64,000 nt of DNA from an uncultured Rhodobiaceae bacterium (GTDB taxonomy: Archaea > Thermoplasmatota > Poseidoniia > Poseidoniales > Poseidoniaceae): the NCBI GenBank assembly GCA_937911445.1, contig CALDQY010000189.1:185-64184 (forward strand), in the 5' to 3' direction. The notes under the pieces are model-generated. The model did no database searches, was not told the DNA's origin, and worked only from the letters and a program-made list of their open reading frames with translations. Positions 49,501 to 59,302 of this stretch are shown piece by piece; the first letter of the stretch is position 1; every line of letters begins with the position of its first letter. A program made the translations under genes and the position numbers.

Positions 49501-49714
49501 AGAAGTCTACTACATGGATCACGACGATGATGGAATGGCTACTGGTTGGGAGTATCACTTCGAATTTGACCCATTTGATGGGGCAGACCGGCTTGTGGAT
49601 AGTGATGGCGACGGCCATACCAACTACTGTGAGTTCAAGTGGGATACCAACCCACGAAACCCGGTCAGTTTCCCTGGTCAAGGTGAATTGTGCGATCCGT
49701 TTGAAGGTCAGTGA
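46553..49714 (+). CDS. Extracellular Ca-binding (TSP3-like DxDxDG) repeat protein
   Basis: N-terminal TM/signal; many D.D.DG..D..E...GT.P repeats; embedded lipoyl-like segment. Confidence 0.8.
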   Translation: MSLNHNQMAYAAIISTLIFGSLFVGVSGFYQTSSGVGDFDSAAEEEITPQIEISSGDAIDTDGDGLPDVLEESQYGTLKDDPDTDNDGMSDGWEVAHGLNPLDSGEAEEAEEESGSTNQADGAEVSNESDSWPDPTQGKYGDPDNDGLTNEQEAELGTDPQRADTDNDGLNDRWESIYTMNVSSPDGTVTLFNPLSGNWDCSLLNGPLEQTLADILEGFEGAPSWEELESPLGRHSCDQVLDFDDDGLLNFQEEAYGTNPAAKDSDNDMLPDILEVNNANMILDFQLGSNCGEPVITPPSQRLPTAAPFADEVSASWFLSDMDGDGYLNGPSDWDTDGDGMPDGFEFCFSFKDNHPFGVSNPQKAVSELLSPSNASDGYNDWDEDGLNNLEEYQVALKFGLVNGLPSFTSPWTEDTDQDGMPDGWEASQYNRTTLEYPLNPRNASNANDDIDFDGWDSDGDGDVVFDDLELTTTVVDVYVTKGDYVTANSTVARGQYTLGGGNKQTVYLVAPVDGYVYHINVAPGDQVESRLFVWMNVVEESERFTNLMEYEARFDENGNAVGRSTDPTHGDTDLDGLLDGIEVGGWEILVVNRGVQLTWVVSDPGLADTDSDGLSDFVEFSSACDGQGSNASNVDTDGDGESDQQEAVLGYIFNGEQYFTSACMFDTDNDGLEDGEEVIAGADNFVTHANNSDTDDDGLIDGNEILFVPRPFQHETNPLINDTDADGMLDGWEMQVKSTEANTNSHSLWVAISNWDRPGCTESTSNSCLMEPGGYVWINWLGGFELQKKYEVHEMNLSGFDMPGNPLCDGCKGRWALDPSLNSLKDDTYDIDNDTLPNGAESPTNWNTNPVDDDTDGDKLPDGWEVQYSYEAINNNLVDNATINAYGARGVMDPSMADSDLDGINDGEEDPDQDGLNRTGLIKKYCPGYNDSTNAECNIDPDTPDGMKFYNNLENYTNYEELQNGTNPVSNDTDGDAWEDGPEVYYMDHDDDGMATGWEYHFEFDPFDGADRLVDSDGDGHTNYCEFKWDTNPRNPVSFPGQGELCDPFEGQ

Positions 49715-49717
49715 AGT

Positions 49718-51247
49718 ATGTTGAGAAGGACCAAAACAGCTCATTTGCTCGTTTTGTGCCTGCTTTTCAGTGTCCTTTCCTTCGCCGCAACTGCAACAAA
49801 CTCAGCAACGGAACCTGAGATTTCATTCGACCAAGACGATGGAATTCACACTACTTCGTTCCTAAATCTATCAGGTGATTCAACAGTACCCCTCACTTCA
49901 GTAGAAATTACTGTTTGGAATATTTCCCAACCTGACCAATGGGCACTCATTACTTCAAGCCCTTACCTTGATCAAGTAGTACCCTATACAGACCAAGTTA
50001 CTGATCTCACAAGGTGGTCATGGGAACATACATTCAGTCTGGACTCAATCGATTGCACTTGTTACATCGAGATATCGTTGCTTGAGCAAACAGATTTGGT
50101 TTCATTTGGTTTGATTGCATACATCGGCGATGACCACCATCGCCCGGTACTGAGGCATGCATTGGACATCGGTAGCAGCCAAATGTATTCTACGAAGATC
50201 TTCAATGATAATTCACTCGATTTGTCATTCAATTATTTGCTGCCACCATCACAAATTGAGTCATTTGATGCAAATGAACAGATTCTATCAAACGTTCGGA
50301 TTTGTCCCGCACCATTTGGCATCTGTTCGGAATCCTATAGGAGTCTCGATAGCACAGATGTTACGTTAGACAACATACTTGCAATCGAGGTTGATGCCGA
50401 TGCACAATCGATTCAAGATGGGTATTATCTCTTGCAGGTACAAATTCAAGATCTTTATCTCACATTATCGAATAACATTACACAGTTCGTTGTTGTAGAT
50501 CAATCCAAACCTGTTGTGAACCTCTCGGCTGTCGATGAGGTAATTGAATCTGCACTAATTCTGGTTGATATCGATGTAGATGACGGATACGAAGGATCTG
50601 CGTATACCATTACGTGGAGCATTACTGAACCAGATGGTACGCCACGTGCTGTTCTGGAATCAGAGATTCTTGAGGACAATCGTTTGGTTTTCGAACCGAC
50701 AAAGGCAGGAGAATACCGTGTTAATGCCTTAGTTCGTGACATTGGAGGTCATTTGGTTACAGTCAATCACAACGTAAGCGTCAGAAATGTTGTTCCGATT
50801 ATCGAAATCCGATTTGATGGTTTCCTTGTAGAAAACGGTTCAACTGTTACCATTCCATCTTCTGGCAACTGGACATTTAGTGCGAATACATCATTCGATA
50901 CGTCCAACGATCAAGATACTCTCGAGTACACGTGGTTCGTCGATGGAAAAACACTCCTCAGCGGTAAATCCTTCCTTGCATCAAATGACCTTCAACAAAC
51001 CAATTATCGTGAAATAAGGGTTCAAGTTACAGATGATGATGGACAATCTTCAGAATTGTACTTCCAAGTTGCCCAACAGGATGAACTAGATTCAGATTCG
51101 AATTCTGGTTCGATTCTAGCTTCGACAGTTTCACTTCTCTTCATTTTCTCTATCGCTGCACTTGTTTACATGCGTCAACGCAAACAATCTGAATCAAACA
51201 CAGGCTTTGCAAAATGGACTGAACGGGGCAAAGGGCCAAAGAATTGA
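49718..51247 (+). CDS. Secreted Ig/PKD-like domain protein with C-terminal TM anchor
   Basis: Signal peptide; F.A..S.D...D...L.Y.W..DG and V.VTDDDG PKD-like motifs; TM helix plus basic tail. Confidence 0.7.
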   Translation: MLRRTKTAHLLVLCLLFSVLSFAATATNSATEPEISFDQDDGIHTTSFLNLSGDSTVPLTSVEITVWNISQPDQWALITSSPYLDQVVPYTDQVTDLTRWSWEHTFSLDSIDCTCYIEISLLEQTDLVSFGLIAYIGDDHHRPVLRHALDIGSSQMYSTKIFNDNSLDLSFNYLLPPSQIESFDANEQILSNVRICPAPFGICSESYRSLDSTDVTLDNILAIEVDADAQSIQDGYYLLQVQIQDLYLTLSNNITQFVVVDQSKPVVNLSAVDEVIESALILVDIDVDDGYEGSAYTITWSITEPDGTPRAVLESEILEDNRLVFEPTKAGEYRVNALVRDIGGHLVTVNHNVSVRNVVPIIEIRFDGFLVENGSTVTIPSSGNWTFSANTSFDTSNDQDTLEYTWFVDGKTLLSGKSFLASNDLQQTNYREIRVQVTDDDGQSSELYFQVAQQDELDSDSNSGSILASTVSLLFIFSIAALVYMRQRKQSESNTGFAKWTERGKGPKN

Positions 51248-51276
51248 TTAAAGAACTGTGACGTTTGCATGACACT

Positions 51277-52653
51277 ATGAGCACAATGTTCGATGAGGCA
51301 TACGGGACGTTGCCAGAGAAACCACCTACTCTATCAAAGGAGGTCTATCGAGAACGACAAGCTCGATTGCTCTCGCAACTCGATGTCGATGATCTGATTA
51401 TCGTCTCCTCTTTACCAGAAGCTACGAGAAGCAACGATGTGCATTATCCGTACCGTTCTTCAAGTGACATGATGTACATGTGTGGTTGGACAGACCCAGA
51501 AGCCACGTTGATGTTTTACCATGATGATGGTGAATGGATTTCACATCTTTTTGTTCAACCTAAAGATACACTGATGGAAATTTGGGAAGGGCGACGTCCT
51601 GGCACAGAAGGTGCATTGCGAGATTGGCCAATCGACCGTGCTGATTCTTCTCATGATATGTGCCTACACCTCGAGCGCCTTCTCGAGTCATCCGTGCGTG
51701 TACACGTTCGTCCAGGTATTGACCCACGAATCGATTCGATCGTGATGTCTGCAGTTGAGAAGCGTGATCGAAAGCGCCAGCACTTTGGATCCGGTCCAAT
51801 TAGTGTCGAAGACCCCAGCCGTCGAATTGCTGAAATGCGATTGCGAAAATCCGATGAGGAGATTCAACAGATGCGTTATGCTGCAGAAGTTTCCTCAAAA
51901 GCACACGAATTGGCAATGGCAGCGAGTAAAGACGGGATACATGAATTTCAAATCCAATCCATCATAGAGGGATTCTTTGTCTACGGCGGTACGAGTGGTT
52001 GGGCTTATCCATCCATTGTTGGATGCGGTGAAAATGCAACCATTCTCCATTACACAGTCAATAATTCACCATGTCAAACCGATGAAATTATTCTGATTGA
52101 TGCTGGTGCGGAGTACCAAGGTTACGCAGCTGATATTACACGCTCTTGGCCTATTGGGGGTACCTTCTCAGATGCACAAAAAGAAATTTATGAAATCGTT
52201 CTAGACGCACAAGAGAAAGCCATCGACGCTTGTCGAGTAGGTAACCCATACAACATGCCACATGAAGTTGCCCGAAAAGCACTGGCTGAAGGATTGATTC
52301 GTCTTGGAGTTATTACTCAAACGCTGGATGATGCACTTGATGCTGAAACAGGAGAACTACGCAAGTGGTACATGCACAATACGGGACATTGGCTCGGTTT
52401 GGATGTACATGATGTGGGTACCTACAAGCCAGATGGTACACCACGTTTGCTTGAAGAGGGAATGGTACTAACCGTAGAGCCCGGACTATACTTTGGAGCG
52501 TGGCGTCCTGATGTCGATTGTCCAGAGCGATATGCAAACATTGGGATTCGTATTGAAGATGATGTCCTCGTTACCAATGGAGATCCCGATGTCTTGACCA
52601 TTTCCTGTCCAAAAACAATTGATGATATTGAACGAATTGTTGGTAGTCTTTGA
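51277..52653 (+). CDS. pepP: Xaa-Pro aminopeptidase (M24B)
   Basis: R.NDV.YPYR..SD, IDAGAE..GYAADITR.WP, H..GHWLGLDVHDVG, TVEPGLY, GIRIEDD. Confidence 0.93.
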   Translation: MSTMFDEAYGTLPEKPPTLSKEVYRERQARLLSQLDVDDLIIVSSLPEATRSNDVHYPYRSSSDMMYMCGWTDPEATLMFYHDDGEWISHLFVQPKDTLMEIWEGRRPGTEGALRDWPIDRADSSHDMCLHLERLLESSVRVHVRPGIDPRIDSIVMSAVEKRDRKRQHFGSGPISVEDPSRRIAEMRLRKSDEEIQQMRYAAEVSSKAHELAMAASKDGIHEFQIQSIIEGFFVYGGTSGWAYPSIVGCGENATILHYTVNNSPCQTDEIILIDAGAEYQGYAADITRSWPIGGTFSDAQKEIYEIVLDAQEKAIDACRVGNPYNMPHEVARKALAEGLIRLGVITQTLDDALDAETGELRKWYMHNTGHWLGLDVHDVGTYKPDGTPRLLEEGMVLTVEPGLYFGAWRPDVDCPERYANIGIRIEDDVLVTNGDPDVLTISCPKTIDDIERIVGSL

Positions 52654-52662
52654 GGTGGCCGT

Positions 52663-53847
52663 ATGGCTTGGCAAGAGACGCTGCAAAGGATTCTATCTTC
52701 GAACGAAACGTTTCGTTTGACCGTCGAAGAATCCGTTGAACTCTACAATGATGCTCCTCTTCATCAGCTGATGACTGCAGCCCATCACCGAAGATGTCTG
52801 CATAATCCCTCGAATGAAGTCACCTATCTCGTCGATCGGAACATCAATTACACCAATGTCTGCACAATCAACTGCCAATTTTGCTCATTCTATCGCCCAC
52901 CTGGTCATGAAGAAACCTATACGCAATCCTACGAAGAAATCCATGACCGTATTCACGAACTTGAGGCAATTGGAGGTTCACGTATTTTGATGCAAGGAGG
53001 CGTGAATCCTGATCTTGAATTCAGTTGGTACATCGATCTCATCAAAGCGCTCCGAGAGCGCCATCCAACAATCGATTTGGATTGCTTTTCGCCTATCGAA
53101 ATCGAAGGGATTTCAGAAGTCACTGAATTGCCAACTCAGACAGTGTTAGAGCATCTCAAGGATGCTGGAATGCATGGCCTACCCGGAGGTGGGGCTGAGA
53201 TGCTTGTTGAGTCTGTACGAAAGGACGTATCTCCAAAAAAGGGACATCCTGACAACTGGTTGCGGGTTATGAAAGAAGCCCAACTTCTTGGATTGACAAC
53301 TAGCGCAACCAATGTCATTGGTTTTGGTGAATCGAACGCAGACCGTGTTCACCACCTCCAACGAATCCGAGAACAACAAGAAGAAATCCATTCTCTAGGG
53401 TTGCCTGGCTTCACATCGTTCATTGCATGGCCTGTGCAGTTGGAAACCAACACATTCGGAAAAAGAAATCGCGGCCAAAACAAGTTTGAACGAGGCGCTG
53501 GTTCAACCGAGTACTTGCGCCATGTTGCGATTGCTCGTTTGTTCTTGGATAATGTGGACCACATTCAAGCATCATGGCCGACGATGGGGATGGGGATTGC
53601 ACAGATGGCCTTGCTCGCAGGTGCTGATGATGCAGGATCAACCATGATGGAAGAGAACGTTGTCTCCGCCTCGGGAACGACCAAATTCAGTGCGACAGAA
53701 TACGAACTACAACTTTCTATTCAACGTGCAGGATTCATCCCAAAGCGACGCAACAGCGATTATGAGTTACTTGAAACACCCGACGCTCTGGTCGACGCCC
53801 CTGAGACGATCAGTCAACCACCTCGTCAAGCCGTTGAATTGGTGTAA
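52663..53847 (+). CDS. mqnC: CofH/MqnC-family radical SAM enzyme (probably cyclic dehypoxanthine futalosine synthase)
   Basis: VDRNINYTNVC...C.FC, LMQGG..P, PGGGAE.L, H.QASW, GADD.GSTMMEENVVS. Confidence 0.8.
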   Translation: MAWQETLQRILSSNETFRLTVEESVELYNDAPLHQLMTAAHHRRCLHNPSNEVTYLVDRNINYTNVCTINCQFCSFYRPPGHEETYTQSYEEIHDRIHELEAIGGSRILMQGGVNPDLEFSWYIDLIKALRERHPTIDLDCFSPIEIEGISEVTELPTQTVLEHLKDAGMHGLPGGGAEMLVESVRKDVSPKKGHPDNWLRVMKEAQLLGLTTSATNVIGFGESNADRVHHLQRIREQQEEIHSLGLPGFTSFIAWPVQLETNTFGKRNRGQNKFERGAGSTEYLRHVAIARLFLDNVDHIQASWPTMGMGIAQMALLAGADDAGSTMMEENVVSASGTTKFSATEYELQLSIQRAGFIPKRRNSDYELLETPDALVDAPETISQPPRQAVELV

Positions 53848-56800
53848 AAGACGACCCAAATCTCAGCGACGATGTTTCGCCCACCTTTGCTCGATTCACC
53901 AGTTGGGTTGTATTCTTGTCCATTGAAGAGACCTCGATAGGTCAATTCGTTGTTCTGGCCATTCATGTCTACCCAAGAAGTGATATCAAAACTCCATTGT
54001 TTGACATCTTGACCAGCGCACCACCCTGCTCTTCCAAACGGCCATGAACCAAATTGATTGGCAACGACTCCATTGTTGACTTCATTTTCACAGCCTGTGT
54101 TGGAATAGACGATTGGATGCCACTCATAGGTGTGGTGTGAATCCATGTAGTAGTGATGTTGATGGTCGCAGAACTCAGCACAATTCGCATCGTCTTGCTG
54201 GAAGCCATGCCCCGTGATGGTTGCAACAATCTCAACTCTGGTCGTTTCACTCGGAACAGTGAAATTCAGGCTTCGAACATATCGACTTTCATTGTTGTAT
54301 GTACCATCGAATTGTCCTCCAGTGAAGCCAAACTCGGCATCAAATGCCCGCTCACCACTTCCCCAATTTGAAAACAGGAATTTGATGGTAAGGTCTCCTT
54401 TGTTTGCACCTTTGTATCTGAATCTTCGCTCTTGATCGTCTTCAAGCATGAACAAATACGGGCTAATATCGGTTAACCACCGTCCTTCGCGTCCATATGT
54501 TGTAATCCAACGCATGAATTCAGTTCCACAAATCGATGAGTTATCTGCATCACAAATGTACAGATGTGCGAGATAATCCCATTCATGACATCCTCCATAG
54601 CTTCCATCGCTCTTTTGATACCGATTTGCTCTCTCATCACAGGCATGTTCATGAAACACTTCGAGTGTGTCGTACGATGAAAGATTCTCTGGTAGTGTGA
54701 AGGTCGCATTCCTGTACGAATTGTGATTTGCTCCCCACCCACCGGCATGTCGTTCGAAATCGTACAGGGTAACAACATCAATACCAGAATCTTGCATTCG
54801 AATTTCTGGTTCGAATTCAGCGTTCCATTGATGTGGTTCATATGTGTAGTGGAATGGATCATTCGTTTGTGAAATCCATGCATAAATTGAGCCAGTATCT
54901 CGTGCACGTTGGAATCGATCAATACCCATGAAGAATGGACTGTTGAAGTTGGATATCATCTGGCCTAAGCCGCCCTGTATGTTGCTTGCATCCATGTCGA
55001 TGTAATGAATACGGCCATCCCACTGTTCTTCTTCACTTGGGTTGAGTCGTGCTTCAACATCGCTTTTTCGCGAGAGAACATCGTTGTGATAACTTGAATC
55101 GAAGGAACCGTAGAACAGGTGAGTGTTGTCAGGTAAATTACGGATAAATGTTCCCGGATTTGTCGACCAAGTTGCTGAATTCGAGTTCCCACTTCCATCT
55201 GTATACTTGAACATAAACAAATAGACATCATTTCCAGTCCACTTGTTCTGGAATGTGAACGTACCATCGAGCGTTGGTACTGTGAAGGTAGGTACAATGT
55301 CCATTGGACCATTCACAGAAGTGCCAGCTGTCCATTGAACTGGCTTTTGGACGATGGCACAACCATCAACATCGATTGTCCATCGTGCGGGACTGTCGGC
55401 ACAAATGTCAACGTTGGCAAACACACCGTCACCATCGAGGTCTGCGCATCCCACTGAGTTGACACTTAACCCGCTCGGTGTCCCTTCACATGCATCGATC
55501 AAATCGTTCACACCATCTCCGTCGGTATCGCGTTCGATGGCTGCGCACCCGAATTCATCAACATCTGTTGCATTGGCCGGCGTTGTTGGGCACAAATCCA
55601 ATGTTGCCCCAGTTGCATTAACATCGTTGACGTTATCGTTGTCATCATCAACATCTTCGGTTGCATCATAGCAACCATCCATGTCGAAATCCGTGTTCAT
55701 TGTTCGCTCTGATTGCCAATTCGAACGCCCCTTCGGACACCCGTCTGTTGCATCGAGTTCACCATCGTTATCGTCATCTGAATCTTCAAGGAGGTCGTTG
55801 CATCCATCCTGGTCCCAGTCGTTGTAGAGATTCGCGGGCCAATTGATTTCTCCATTCAAGCAGGCATCATTGACATCAAGAATACCATCGCCATCATCGT
55901 CGTCATCGTTGGTGTCATCATGACATCCATCCTGATCACGATCGTTCTCAAGCGTGCTTGTCCACCCTAGGCTTGATGTGCAACCATCATTGGTATCCAA
56001 GATTCCATCGTTATCATCATCGAGGTCCTCGTCGAAATCTCTGCAACCGTCCTCATCAGCATCACTTTGAGCATTTGATGCCCATCCGTCCGATTCACCA
56101 TAACCATCCGGGCATAAATCGACACTATCTTGGATTCCATCTCCGTCCGCATCGTTGTTTTCTTCAACGATGATTGTGATGTTTTTCGAATCTTCAGTAA
56201 GCGTGTATTCTCCACAAACTGCACTTGTTCGAACAAAGAAGGTTTCTGTACGCACGTCAAGATCGGTCAAAATGTAGGAAAAGCTGCCGTCATCCTGTAG
56301 AGGCAGTGTGTTCGTTGTCACCGATGAATCTTCTTCATTGATTTCAATCATGGTAGTGCAGGTTTCCAACGTTTGATGCAATACTTGACCTTGAAGAACA
56401 AGCACTGCAGCCTCAACGACGAGGAATTGTGGTGCAACAATCGATGTCGTCCCTTCCTCTGGGAGGAGGATTTCGATTGTGTTTGTCATGCTAATCAGTT
56501 CTCCCTCTGTTGGAAGAATCGTAAGATCAACAACGTATGTACCGGGTTTGTTTGGTAGCAAAACAACGGAAATACTTGTTGTCTTCTTGGTTATGCTGTA
56601 ATCAGACTGGCTTACTGCTTCACCAGTGTGTGTTATGCTTGTTTCAACGGAATAATCACCTAGACCAGTTGTCTCAAGAAGGACGTTAAGATTTGTAATT
56701 TCACCTAGTTCGCCAGTGATTGATTCTTCATCCCATTCAGCTGTTAACGAGAAAGGGATTGAAACGGGCTCTTCCTCAACGACATCGGTATTCGTGTCAC

Positions 56801-56867
56801 TACTTCCGAAACAACCAGATAGCATCAACAGCGAAAGCAAAACAGCGAGGAAAGGCTTGTTGGCCAT
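53826..56867 (-). CDS. Lipoprotein with TSP3-like repeats and a C-terminal peptide-N-glycosidase F-like domain
   Basis: Lipobox LSGC; DxDxDGCxD repeats; CHEWDY, RWITTYG, TGHG, CAEFC, GRAGWC. Confidence 0.75.
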   Translation of the reverse strand: MANKPFLAVLLSLLMLSGCFGSSDTNTDVVEEEPVSIPFSLTAEWDEESITGELGEITNLNVLLETTGLGDYSVETSITHTGEAVSQSDYSITKKTTSISVVLLPNKPGTYVVDLTILPTEGELISMTNTIEILLPEEGTTSIVAPQFLVVEAAVLVLQGQVLHQTLETCTTMIEINEEDSSVTTNTLPLQDDGSFSYILTDLDVRTETFFVRTSAVCGEYTLTEDSKNITIIVEENNDADGDGIQDSVDLCPDGYGESDGWASNAQSDADEDGCRDFDEDLDDDNDGILDTNDGCTSSLGWTSTLENDRDQDGCHDDTNDDDDDGDGILDVNDACLNGEINWPANLYNDWDQDGCNDLLEDSDDDNDGELDATDGCPKGRSNWQSERTMNTDFDMDGCYDATEDVDDDNDNVNDVNATGATLDLCPTTPANATDVDEFGCAAIERDTDGDGVNDLIDACEGTPSGLSVNSVGCADLDGDGVFANVDICADSPARWTIDVDGCAIVQKPVQWTAGTSVNGPMDIVPTFTVPTLDGTFTFQNKWTGNDVYLFMFKYTDGSGNSNSATWSTNPGTFIRNLPDNTHLFYGSFDSSYHNDVLSRKSDVEARLNPSEEEQWDGRIHYIDMDASNIQGGLGQMISNFNSPFFMGIDRFQRARDTGSIYAWISQTNDPFHYTYEPHQWNAEFEPEIRMQDSGIDVVTLYDFERHAGGWGANHNSYRNATFTLPENLSSYDTLEVFHEHACDERANRYQKSDGSYGGCHEWDYLAHLYICDADNSSICGTEFMRWITTYGREGRWLTDISPYLFMLEDDQERRFRYKGANKGDLTIKFLFSNWGSGERAFDAEFGFTGGQFDGTYNNESRYVRSLNFTVPSETTRVEIVATITGHGFQQDDANCAEFCDHQHHYYMDSHHTYEWHPIVYSNTGCENEVNNGVVANQFGSWPFGRAGWCAGQDVKQWSFDITSWVDMNGQNNELTYRGLFNGQEYNPTGESSKGGRNIVAEIWVVFYTNSTA

Positions 56868-56897
56868 GTACCTTACATCGCCTTGAAGGACATGAAT

Positions 56898-58031
56898 CTA
56901 ACGTTCGCCGATGAAGAACTGTTCTGTTCTGGGATCGTTGATTTCAAGTTCATCGAGATGAACGATTGAATCCGGAAATTGAACATGAACTGGGCAAACC
57001 CAAAGCAGAGGCATTTGGTTGTTTCGTTTAATTTTTAGAATAAATTCCCAATGAATACGGTGCAGAGGCGAATTGACGGTTCCAGGCCACGATTGGTCAG
57101 GAGGACTTATCGAAAACGTTCCATCTCCTTCAATTTTCGAGGAACCACCTTCAGCGGAAAATCGCATCGGTCGCAAAAAGACACCACCTTGAATATCCTT
57201 TCTCTCGATCGGAGAATCCTCACCACCTGCAGTACCGTCATCGAGACTTGCTTCCCAATGATGTGGCAACGGTGTAGAAAGACCGACAGGTGGTTGTGAA
57301 CCCTTCGTTGTATTGGAAAGTTCAATGAGAGCCTCTCTTGATGGTGGTAGAGTACCTACTTGCCAATGACAGGATATCGATTTCCAATCTGGTAATTCAT
57401 CGGGCAATTTGATGCGGCCAGACAATGGCTTTCCACTGATAATTGGGTGATCAAATTCGACAACTGGTTGCTCTATTGGTGTTCGAAAGAAGTCTTGTTG
57501 ACGCTTGAGATCGACGAAATTAGCAATCAATCGGAGTACAATCGGTAGCATCAGTATGGGTACAACAAGGATACTCAGAATAGGATAATCAAGAAGACCA
57601 ATTTGGAGGCTTTTCGTTCCAACACTTGGTATGCCTATGCTACTTAACAACGGTTCCAAGAAGAGGTAAACAAGTGTCGAAAGAAGAAGAATTACTGCAG
57701 CATTGATCATTCTTCGAGCAATGCCATGAAGTTTGTTTGGAAGGATGTACCAACCTCTGCGTTGTTGTTTCACGAGTTCAACAAATGGTTTGCTATCTGT
57801 GAGGAATTCTGTCATTCGATCGTAGGATTCTCCGTTGTTGTTAACGATGGTTCGTTCAATCAACCATCCTTCTGAACTTTGAATCGTGTATGGCGGTAAC
57901 ACCCTGATTACTTCATCATCGCTGAGATCGGAGGCGATTTCATCTTCAAAAATCGGTGCAGCATTGGCGTTCAATCGTTTATCATCAAACGGAGGATACC
58001 GAACGCGATGAACAATCGACCAAGATGACAT
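56898..58031 (-). CDS. Hypothetical protein with 2 TM segments and a beta-sandwich-like C-terminal domain
   Basis: Long ORF with two hydrophobic helices; co-oriented between the reductase and the PNGase-like gene. Confidence 0.65.
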   Translation of the reverse strand: MSSWSIVHRVRYPPFDDKRLNANAAPIFEDEIASDLSDDEVIRVLPPYTIQSSEGWLIERTIVNNNGESYDRMTEFLTDSKPFVELVKQQRRGWYILPNKLHGIARRMINAAVILLLSTLVYLFLEPLLSSIGIPSVGTKSLQIGLLDYPILSILVVPILMLPIVLRLIANFVDLKRQQDFFRTPIEQPVVEFDHPIISGKPLSGRIKLPDELPDWKSISCHWQVGTLPPSREALIELSNTTKGSQPPVGLSTPLPHHWEASLDDGTAGGEDSPIERKDIQGGVFLRPMRFSAEGGSSKIEGDGTFSISPPDQSWPGTVNSPLHRIHWEFILKIKRNNQMPLLWVCPVHVQFPDSIVHLDELEINDPRTEQFFIGER

Positions 58032-58040
58032 ATGCTCTCC

Positions 58041-59258
58041 TCAGGTGAACAGAAGCTTGACTCCTGCCTGCAAAGCCAATTTGCGGAATGCTGGAACTTT
58101 CTTCAACAATGCCAGACCTAATGGAACTGGCTTTTCAATATCGCCGATTTCATTGATGAGAGATATCACCTCAGGCTTTGCAAAATTCGCAAAATGTTCG
58201 TCCAACTCTTCATCCGTTCGGGTGGAAACCAGGAGGTCTCTTAGTGCCCGAGCACGATCTTGTTCCTTCTTCATTTTGGGCCACGAGGATTTTGTGACTG
58301 ATTTCAAATCCTTTTCTGATAACTGATTCAAATTAACATGTTTGACAAGTTTATCAGCAATCGATGAGATCTGCTTGAAACCAGGTCCAAGCCCCCCGCC
58401 AGTAGTCGGTTTCGCCATACCTGCGGCATCACCAATGACGAGTACTCGATCTTTGAAGGGTCTACGAATCATCCCTGAGGGGACCGGTCCACAATATCGT
58501 GCTGTTTCTGTGATGTTCTCAAATCGATCTTTCCACAATGGATGCTCGAGGAGATCGTTGTAACAGTCAAGCACTGTGCGCCCATCCAGAAGGTCTGCTT
58601 TTGACCAAAGACCGATTCGATGTGTGCCGTTTCCTGATGGAATCACCCACGCAAAGAATCCGGGAGCTATACTTGAACCACTGTACATTTCGAGCCAACC
58701 ATCTTGACCTTCATAGCCAATAACTTCGGTTTGAAATCCAATCATCATTTCTTTTGGATGGCCCATCTTGAATCGACGACGTACCCATGAATGTGCTCCG
58801 TCACAACCGATGAGTAACTTCGCTCTCAACGTCATTGTTTCCTGTGTCCGTTGGTTCACGATATCGATGACCACACCATCTTCGACAACGTCTGCAGATG
58901 TTGGTTGCGACTCGAGAATGAGGTCTGCTCCTGCCTCAAGTCCCTGCTGGACAACGGTTTGATCGAATCGTTTTCTGCAGACTACATAGGTTCTCAGCTC
59001 GCCTTGACGTCCGACAGGTACAAGTGTGCCAGATGGTCCATGAATAAGCGCACCATCGACGTCCTCTACGACCGTATCGTATGCTTCTACTGCATCCATT
59101 GCACTTGGTGTGACCAAACCTGCGCATTGGAAAGGCCTTCCAACTTCATTGTGTTCTTCAACCATCAAAACAGAAAGTCCACGTTCACACAACACGCGTG
59201 CAGTGTAACCGCCAACTGGACCTGCGCCGATAATGACAACGTCGTAGTCATGGTCCAT
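58041..59258 (-). CDS. Geranylgeranyl reductase family FAD oxidoreductase
   Basis: GAGPVG, EEH...G.P.QCAG, R..FD, GCDG, PGFFAWVIP (PxxYxWxFP-like), GDAAG..KPTTGGG. Confidence 0.85.
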   Translation of the reverse strand: MDHDYDVVIIGAGPVGGYTARVLCERGLSVLMVEEHNEVGRPFQCAGLVTPSAMDAVEAYDTVVEDVDGALIHGPSGTLVPVGRQGELRTYVVCRKRFDQTVVQQGLEAGADLILESQPTSADVVEDGVVIDIVNQRTQETMTLRAKLLIGCDGAHSWVRRRFKMGHPKEMMIGFQTEVIGYEGQDGWLEMYSGSSIAPGFFAWVIPSGNGTHRIGLWSKADLLDGRTVLDCYNDLLEHPLWKDRFENITETARYCGPVPSGMIRRPFKDRVLVIGDAAGMAKPTTGGGLGPGFKQISSIADKLVKHVNLNQLSEKDLKSVTKSSWPKMKKEQDRARALRDLLVSTRTDEELDEHFANFAKPEVISLINEIGDIEKPVPLGLALLKKVPAFRKLALQAGVKLLFT

Positions 59259-59302
59259 GAACTGTTTACGGTGGACCGAACTTCAAGAAGTTTCTTCTGC
59301 GA

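Noticed and set aside
46553-56867. Asp-rich repeats as DNA-level tandem repeats or diversity-generating targets
   Set aside because: The repeats are degenerate at nucleotide level (protein Ca-binding motifs), and no reverse transcriptase or template/variable repeat pair was seen
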